Shown here: piece after piece, positions 57,745-64,000 of the stretch
How the letters are laid out: every line of letters begins with the position of its first letter
Numbering within the stretch: position 1 is the first letter of the stretch
Assembly: GCA_011048995.1 (NCBI GenBank)
Contig: DSCS01000025.1
Location: 3,444 to 67,443, forward strand
Reading direction: 5' to 3'
DNA: 64,000 nucleotides
DNA from: Bacillota bacterium
GTDB taxonomy: Bacteria; Macinerneyibacteriota; Macinerneyibacteria; Macinerneyibacteriales; DSCS01
The notes under the pieces: model-generated
Seen by the model: only the letters and a program-made list of their open reading frames with translations
Database searches by the model: none
Told to the model about the DNA's origin: nothing
Made by a program: the position numbers and the translations under genes

Positions 57745-59571
57745 TTATTCCAACAGGGCTTCCCGGCGTTCTTCCATGAACTGATTGGTGTACAGGCGAT
57801 AATAATACCCTTTTTCCCGGATCAGGCTCGTATGGGTCCCTGATTCGGTGATCCGCCCTTTCCTGATAACAAGAATGCGGTCCGCATTCCTTATCGTGGA
57901 AAGGCGATGGGCGATGATAAAACTGGTCCTCCCCTTCAAGACAGCGGTAATCGCCTTTTGAATCAAAGCCTCTGTCTCCGTATCCACAGAAGAAGTCGCT
58001 TCATCCAGGACAAAAAGAGCCGGGTCAGCCAAAAGAGCACGAGCAAAAGAGATCAATTGTTTTTGCCCTGTGGAAAGGCGCGCTCCCCCTTCTCCCACTT
58101 CTGTCTGGTAGCCCTTTTCAAGGTTTACGATAAAATCATGTGCATTGACCAAGGCGGCAGCCCGACGGATCTCTTCGGGAGAGGCCTCCAAAGATCCATA
58201 CCGGATATTCTCTTCGATCGTCCCGCTAAACAAATGGGGTGTCTGCAAGACATACCCCAAATGAGAATGGAGCCAGAGAAGGGACCTTTTACGGTAATCG
58301 ACATCATCAATGAGGATTTCTCCCCGATCAGGCTCATAAAAGCGGCAGGCCAGGTTCACCAATGTACTCTTTCCCGAACCGGTCTCTCCGACCAAAGCTA
58401 CCGATTCTCCCGCATTGACAACAAGATTAAACCCCCGCAAGACTTCCTCCCCCCGGGGATAACGGAAGGAGACATTTTTAAACTCAATTTGCCCTTTCAG
58501 TCCGGGCCAGTTTTCTTTGCGCGGAATAAAATTGTCCCCGAAAAGCTCCGTTACTTCAGGAGCATCTTTTAAAGAAGGTTCCGTATCAATCAGTCCCAGA
58601 ACCCGCTCAGCCGCCGCCTGGGCATTCTGCATCTCAGCAAATATTCCGGCCATAGCTGTTACAGGTTCAAAAAACTGAATCGTATATGAGATAAACATAA
58701 AAAGCATTCCATACGTCAGTCCTCCCCGCACAACATGGCTTCCACCGTACCCAAGGGCCACTGCTGTGCCGATACTGCCCAATGTCATCACAACAGGCAA
58801 ATACAATGAAGAGAGAACAGCGGCACGAACGGAAGAACGGGACATCTTTCCGGTGAGATCTCCGAATTCTCCCAGATTTTTCTCTTCAAGGACAAGAGCT
58901 TTCGTTGTTTTCGCTCCTGTGATCCCCTCATTGAACGCTCCTGTGATCCGTGAGTTCATTTTTCTGACTTCCCGGTAATTTTTAAGTATTTTAATCTGAA
59001 AAAAATAACTGGCTGCCGCCAGAAGCGGGACGACAGAAAGAGCCAATAGCGTCAACTTGAAGTTTAAAACCGTCATAAACCCCAGCATAGCCGCCATAAT
59101 CGTCAGAGACCATGCGACATCCACGATACCCCAGGAGATGATCTCCCCCAGGCGTGTAATATCGGAAGTCATCCGGGCCATGATCCAGCCTGCAGGGGTC
59201 GAATCATAATAATCATATCCTAATTCCTGAAGCCTTCTGAAGGCTTTTTTGCGGATATCATAACTCAGGCCGGTCTCGATCCGCCCTGCTGTTTTTATAA
59301 AGCCCCAGATGGCCAAGGCCTGCACGGCCACCAACCCTCCGTAAGCAGCCGCATAACGACCCAACCCTGTGAATGTGTTCTCTGTTACATAATGATCGAT
59401 GACGATCCGGTTAAACTGGGGGTAAAGGGCATCTGCACCTGCTACAACAGCGATAAAACCCAAAAGGGCCAACAGGGATCTCTTGTAGGGCCATATAAAG
59501 TGAATAAGTTTTTTCCACAAGGCAAAGTCCAATTGCCTTGTATAAGTCTTCTCTTTTATTGCGGTGCTCAT
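57745..59571 (-). CDS. ABC exporter, fused TMD-NBD (half 2)
   Basis: GETGSGKST, LSTGQKQ, LDEATS, IAHRLST. Confidence 0.95.
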   Translation of the reverse strand: MSTAIKEKTYTRQLDFALWKKLIHFIWPYKRSLLALLGFIAVVAGADALYPQFNRIVIDHYVTENTFTGLGRYAAAYGGLVAVQALAIWGFIKTAGRIETGLSYDIRKKAFRRLQELGYDYYDSTPAGWIMARMTSDITRLGEIISWGIVDVAWSLTIMAAMLGFMTVLNFKLTLLALSVVPLLAAASYFFQIKILKNYREVRKMNSRITGAFNEGITGAKTTKALVLEEKNLGEFGDLTGKMSRSSVRAAVLSSLYLPVVMTLGSIGTAVALGYGGSHVVRGGLTYGMLFMFISYTIQFFEPVTAMAGIFAEMQNAQAAAERVLGLIDTEPSLKDAPEVTELFGDNFIPRKENWPGLKGQIEFKNVSFRYPRGEEVLRGFNLVVNAGESVALVGETGSGKSTLVNLACRFYEPDRGEILIDDVDYRKRSLLWLHSHLGYVLQTPHLFSGTIEENIRYGSLEASPEEIRRAAALVNAHDFIVNLEKGYQTEVGEGGARLSTGQKQLISFARALLADPALFVLDEATSSVDTETEALIQKAITAVLKGRTSFIIAHRLSTIRNADRILVIRKGRITESGTHTSLIREKGYYYRLYTNQFMEERREALLE

Positions 59572-61385
59572 CCTTCCTCCTTATCCGGCCGTGTCACAGA
59601 GGAGAGTTCCTGGGCTAATTCGCTTTGAAGCCCGGCAATGCGCTGATAAAGCCCCTCACGGGTTATAAGTTCCTCATGACTTCCCTGCTGGACAATACGG
59701 CCCTTCTCCATGACAAGGATCATATCTGCTTGCGCCAGTGTGGTGATCCTGTGCGAAATAATCAACGTCGTTCTCTTTTCTCTTTCACGCAAGGCTTTCC
59801 TGATAGCGGCATCGGTTTGTGTGTCGACTGCACTGAGAGAATCATCAAAGATCAAAATCGGATAGGGAGAGATAAGAGCTCGGGCAATGGCCACCCTTTG
59901 CTTCTGCCCGCCGGACAATGTCACTCCCCGTTCTCCGACAGCTGTCTCATACCCCTTCTCCATCTCCATGATCACATCGTGAATGGCGGCGTCCCGAGCA
60001 GCCGCATGGACCTCTTCTTCACGGGGAGATGAATGAACGATGCCGATATTTTCTTTTAATGATTTCGAATAAAGAAACGGCTCCTGCAGGACCAAGCCCA
60101 CATGACGGCGAAGCCAGGAGCGACGAATATCATCAATAGGTGTCCCGTCGAGGGTAATCATACCCGATGAACACTCATAAAGTCCGGCAATAAGATGGAC
60201 AAGAGTCGATTTTCCGCACCCGGTCGGCCCCAATAGGGCGACGGTCTTCCCTTTGGGGATGTGGAATGAGACATTTTGCAGTACAGGATGACCACCATAG
60301 GAGAAAGAAACGTTGTCAAAGCAGATCTCTCCCAAGACAGGAGGCATTTTCGCTCCGGGACGGTCTTTTTCTTGCGGCTCGTTCAGGATCTCCATAATCC
60401 TTCTGACAGAGACAAAAGTCTTTCCCATATCGGTAAGAATGCGCCCCATCTGCCTGACCGGCCATAGCAGGCGGCCTTCATACAGGACAAAAACAGCCAG
60501 CGTTCCGACGGTCATCTCCCCGCGTACAGCCAGAACCCCGCCCATAAAAAGGACAAATCCGATCTGGGCCAAACAGAGAAAATCAGAAAGCCCCCAATAG
60601 AAAGCTAAAAGCTTGATCAGCCGATAAGTCAGGCTCTGATATTCCTTATTCCTTCTATCGAAACGCTCCTCTTCAAATCTTTGGCGTCCGAACGCTCTGA
60701 CAACACGAACACCCGTAACATTTTCCTGTAATGCCGTAGAGAGGCGCCCTTCAGCTTCATCGGAAAGTTTAAACGCTCTTTTCACTTTCATGAAAAAGAC
60801 AAAGGAGAAAAAGAAAATCAAAGGGACGACTGCCATGGCATACAGTGTCATCCCCCGATGAAGCTGCAACATAAAAGAGAGAGTCAAGGCGACCATAAAC
60901 AGGGCTCTTCCGATCTCAACGCATTGGCCGGAGATAAATTTCCTTATGGTCTCAACATCTGATGTCGCACGCTGTATCAGATCCCCTGTTTGCGCTTTTG
61001 TATGATAATCATAAGGAAGCCGTTGTATATGAGCATACAGCTCCTCACGGATATCGCGGGCCATGGATTCCGAAACGATGGCAGCCCAGCGTCCCTTGAG
61101 GTAAAGAAACAATCCCCCCATAAAGGAAAGAGCCACAAAAAGGATCCCTGCCCGGAAAAGCGTGAGCCCCCCGCCAAAGAAGACTTCCGTCCCTTTCAGG
61201 ATTTTTTCAAACAGGGGGGGAGAGATGCTCTTCCCCCCGCCTATGATATCGTCAATAGCATGACGAATCACAAGAGGCGTCAGCAAACCGAAAAAAGTGG
61301 CCAGCCCTACAGCCATAACCGCTCCAGCATAGAGAAGACGCCTCCCTTTCATAAAACGGAAAAGAGAGACTGATGTACGTTCCAT
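59568..61385 (-). CDS. ABC exporter, fused TMD-NBD (half 1, degenerate Walker B)
   Basis: GPTGCGKST, LSGGQKQR, IFDDSLSAVD, ISHR. Confidence 0.95.
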   Translation of the reverse strand: MERTSVSLFRFMKGRRLLYAGAVMAVGLATFFGLLTPLVIRHAIDDIIGGGKSISPPLFEKILKGTEVFFGGGLTLFRAGILFVALSFMGGLFLYLKGRWAAIVSESMARDIREELYAHIQRLPYDYHTKAQTGDLIQRATSDVETIRKFISGQCVEIGRALFMVALTLSFMLQLHRGMTLYAMAVVPLIFFFSFVFFMKVKRAFKLSDEAEGRLSTALQENVTGVRVVRAFGRQRFEEERFDRRNKEYQSLTYRLIKLLAFYWGLSDFLCLAQIGFVLFMGGVLAVRGEMTVGTLAVFVLYEGRLLWPVRQMGRILTDMGKTFVSVRRIMEILNEPQEKDRPGAKMPPVLGEICFDNVSFSYGGHPVLQNVSFHIPKGKTVALLGPTGCGKSTLVHLIAGLYECSSGMITLDGTPIDDIRRSWLRRHVGLVLQEPFLYSKSLKENIGIVHSSPREEEVHAAARDAAIHDVIMEMEKGYETAVGERGVTLSGGQKQRVAIARALISPYPILIFDDSLSAVDTQTDAAIRKALREREKRTTLIISHRITTLAQADMILVMEKGRIVQQGSHEELITREGLYQRIAGLQSELAQELSSVTRPDKEEG

Positions 61386-61443
61386 ACAGGCTCCTTATTT
61401 TAAATTGTCAGATAAAAAAACAGCGTTAAAAAAACTTTAATGC

Positions 61444-61464
61444 TTAAGAATAAAGAATAATCAT
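61444..61464 (-). other. Candidate leader peptide (uORF) MIILYS
   Basis: AAGGAG-7nt-ATG ATT ATT CTT TAT TCT TAA, followed by a weak hairpin and T7, upstream of the ABC exporter. Confidence 0.45.
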
Positions 61465-61538
61465 CGTTATGCTCCTTCAAGAGATGCAGAGGCCTTCCCT
61501 GCCCTGCGCCATAAGACAGAGAATGAGGCGAAAAAGTT

Positions 61539-62387
61539 TCATTTTTTTTTGTTCCGAAGATTGACGATAAGGCCCGCGACGATCAATGCTGTCCCCCAAA
61601 GAAAAAGAGGGTGGTACTTTTCCTGAAAAAGAAGAAAACTGGCCCCCATGGTCAGGGGCAAAGAAGAATAGGCGATAATACTCCCCCGTGTCGGGTGAAC
61701 ATATTTAAAACCGTAAGACATCAGCAGCTGCCCGGCCAATGAAAGAATTCCCACGACCATGAGAAAACCGGCCAGGGGAAAAGTCAACGCAACGGTTTCT
61801 CCCGCTGATGGAGCGGTCAAAACAAAACCGAAAACCGCTGCTGACAAATAGACGATGATTGTATTATTTTTTTCGCGTGAGCGCTGAAGGAAATGAATGG
61901 ATATTCCCGCAAAGAGGGCAGACAACAAACCAAAGACATCTCCCCAAAGTCCGTAGGGACTCTGATCATGAAAAACAAACCAGACCCCCGACCCGCAAAG
62001 AAGAAGACTTGCCCAATGTCCCGGGTTCATCCGCTTTCCAAAAAAAAAGGCTCCTGCAAGAGCCACAAAAAAAGGATAGGTGTTAAATAAAAGAGTCGCC
62101 CGCCCGCTTGAAGACAAGCCGATGGCGACAAAATAGAACACCATAGATCCCCCGCCGAAGAATCCCCGCCAAAGCCAGGTCTTCATATCGCGCACCTTCA
62201 TTTCTTTTTTCAACAGAAGCAATATCCCCAAAGCAAGAGGAATCTCGACACCGAAACGGATGAAAGCGACAAAAGCCCCTGAAAAATAAGAAGCTGCGGA
62301 TTTGACCGCCAAAGCCGTCAGACTGAAAAAAAAAGCGGACCCGAAAAGAGCCGCTTCTCCACGGCAAGCGGGACTTTCGGCCTTCAT
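61539..62387 (-). CDS. DMT/EamA family transporter
   Basis: About 10 TM segments in two repeats; WRG, ATLLFNTYPFF, GTALIVAG. Confidence 0.9.
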   Translation of the reverse strand: MKAESPACRGEAALFGSAFFFSLTALAVKSAASYFSGAFVAFIRFGVEIPLALGILLLLKKEMKVRDMKTWLWRGFFGGGSMVFYFVAIGLSSSGRATLLFNTYPFFVALAGAFFFGKRMNPGHWASLLLCGSGVWFVFHDQSPYGLWGDVFGLLSALFAGISIHFLQRSREKNNTIIVYLSAAVFGFVLTAPSAGETVALTFPLAGFLMVVGILSLAGQLLMSYGFKYVHPTRGSIIAYSSLPLTMGASFLLFQEKYHPLFLWGTALIVAGLIVNLRNKKK

Positions 62388-62995
62388 AGTAATGACTCTC
62401 CTATGACTTCCGCCGCACAAAGTACCCCCTCGATCTGGAGGCTCAGGGGAAGGCTGGGCAAGTCCGGTTTAAAAACGGCCTGAGCCGGCAGCGCCGGGAG
62501 ATGAATAAAACCTGCAGGCAAAAAGGAAGCATTCTCAGCGGCCCTCTTCATCAGACAATAAAAGACATGATTGCACAAAAAACCCCCGGCGGATAAGGAA
62601 AAAGACGAAGGAAGTGCATGGTCTTGCAGACGTTTTCTTATTCTTTCCAGGGGTAAGGTACTGAAATAAGCCGCCGGGCCATTCCGGTCGATAAGACTGC
62701 CCTGACGCAAAGCACCTTCATTATCGGGCAAATCCGCATCATCGATGTTTACGGCAATACGCTCTAATGTCAGGGAAGCACGTCCTGCAGCCACGCCCAG
62801 ACATAAAACAGCCTGAGGTGCAAGATGATCCAAATAGGAAAAAAGGACATTTTCAGCCCTGTCATAAACCACAGGCAAAAGCTTCGTATGAAGGCAAAGG
62901 CCTTTCCAGTGTTCCGGAAGATTCTCAATAACCTCTTGGGAAGGATTGATCTTCTCTCCCCCGAAAGGCTCAAATCCTGTAATCAAAAGATTCAT
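62384..62995 (-). CDS. pcp: Pyroglutamyl-peptidase I
   Basis: LITGFEPFGGEKINPS, ERIAVN, SAGGFLCNHVFY, GFIHLP. Confidence 0.96.
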   Translation of the reverse strand: MNLLITGFEPFGGEKINPSQEVIENLPEHWKGLCLHTKLLPVVYDRAENVLFSYLDHLAPQAVLCLGVAAGRASLTLERIAVNIDDADLPDNEGALRQGSLIDRNGPAAYFSTLPLERIRKRLQDHALPSSFSLSAGGFLCNHVFYCLMKRAAENASFLPAGFIHLPALPAQAVFKPDLPSLPLSLQIEGVLCAAEVIGESLL

Positions 62996-63037
62996 AGCGC
63001 TCCCTCGGATGGACTAAAGCCCGGGAAAGGCGATAAC

Positions 63038-64000
63038 TCACGCGAAAGAAAGTGAGCTGAAAGCATTCAGGCTTAATGCCTTATTATAATCCAGAAACGC
63101 CCCTTCCCGGAACAAGTCATATCCCAAAGCCGCCACCATAGCGGCATTGTCAGTACAAAGTCGCAGGGGCGGGACAAAGAAAGGAACCCCATGAGAACGG
63201 GACAGCTCTGTAAAAGCGGCTCTCACAGCACTGTTCGCCGCTACGCCTCCGGCAATGGCCAAAGGCCACGCTCCCTGCTTTTTATAAAACAATTCCACTC
63301 TTTGGGTCAAAGCACGGACAGCGGCCTTCTGAAAAGAAGCGCAAATATCTTCTTTTTTTGCCTGCTCATTTTCGGAAATGACATTCCTCACGGCTGTCTT
63401 GAGCCCGCTGAAACTGAAATCCATGGGGTTGTCCCGGGGAACCGGAACAGGAAAAGCGAAGGCCTCTTCATTCCCCTCTACGGCCAGCCGATCCACTACA
63501 GGGCCGCCGGGATATCCCAAACCGAGCATTTTGGCCACTTTATCAAAAGCCTCCCCGACGGCATCATCCCGCGTCCGCCCGACGACTTCATATTCTCTGG
63601 GGCCGGAAACAAAAACCAAATGCGTATGCCCGCCTGAAATAATCATCCCTAAAAAGGGATAGGGAAGATCCCCGTAATGGAGCATATTAGCATAGAGATG
63701 AGCTTCGACATGGTGAACAGGGATCAGAGGCTTTTTCCATGCGTAGGAGAGGCCTTTGGCCGTATTGAGGCCGATCAACAGCGCACCTACAAGACCGGGC
63801 CCCTGAGTCACGGCGATGGCATCAGCCTTCTCCAATGGCATCCCGGCTTCTTTTCGAACAGCATCAAGGACTTCAAATATCTTAACGACATGGTTTCGGG
63901 AAGCGACTTCCGGGACGACCCCGCCAAACTTTTGATGGATCTCCTGGGTATGGATCTGATCGGAGAGGATCACCCGGCCGTTTTCCACTAAAGCCGCTGA
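63038..64000 (-). CDS. tsaD: tRNA threonylcarbamoyltransferase TsaD (5' end outside window)
   Basis: GGVVPEVASRNH, GPGL, HHVEAH, SGGHT, DDAVGEAFDK, CTDNAAM. Confidence 0.97.
   Translation of the reverse strand, partial: SAALVENGRVILSDQIHTQEIHQKFGGVVPEVASRNHVVKIFEVLDAVRKEAGMPLEKADAIAVTQGPGLVGALLIGLNTAKGLSYAWKKPLIPVHHVEAHLYANMLHYGDLPYPFLGMIISGGHTHLVFVSGPREYEVVGRTRDDAVGEAFDKVAKMLGLGYPGGPVVDRLAVEGNEEAFAFPVPVPRDNPMDFSFSGLKTAVRNVISENEQAKKEDICASFQKAAVRALTQRVELFYKKQGAWPLAIAGGVAANSAVRAAFTELSRSHGVPFFVPPLRLCTDNAAMVAALGYDLFREGAFLDYNKALSLNAFSSLSFA

Noticed and set aside
1-64000. CRISPR array, rRNA, reverse transcriptase/DGR or defence system
   Set aside because: No regularly spaced DNA repeats or matching protein motifs were seen by eye; intergenic gaps are short

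Overview
Ordinary-looking chromosomal window from an anaerobic, diderm, probably peptide/amino-acid-fermenting bacterium. Diderm evidence is lptCAB and outer-membrane barrels; anaerobe evidence is HydF, Fhs, 2-oxoacid:ferredoxin oxidoreductase and a PPi-type PFK. Most genes lie on the minus strand: alaS(partial)-recX-recA; an lptC-lptA-lptB-rpoN-lpdA / hpf-hprK-whiA-PTS(Man-family IIA,B,C,D)-ptsH-ptsI-fhs cluster; a CC(A)-adding enzyme; a three-gene operon of very large type IV pilin-like proteins with a clean sigma-54 promoter; a stand-alone DnaC/IstB-like ATPase; pcm; tRNA-Pro(GGG); a REC-GAF-GGDEF protein; IHF/HU plus an unannotated 32-aa bS22/COX24-like ORF; rpsF-ssb-rpsR-rplI-dnaB running into fumarase-sucCD-kor genes; an mglB-mglA-mglB2-DUF4388 polarity module; pepF; a heterodimeric ABC exporter with a possible leader peptide; pcp; and tsaD(partial). 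hydF, pfk, rpsT and ahcY are on the plus strand. I found no CRISPR array, rRNA, integrase or transposase. The best candidate for an undescribed system is the sigma-54-driven operon of giant modular pilins (24163-30969), possibly linked to the MglA module with two MglB paralogs. All calls come from reading motifs by eye; no searches were run.
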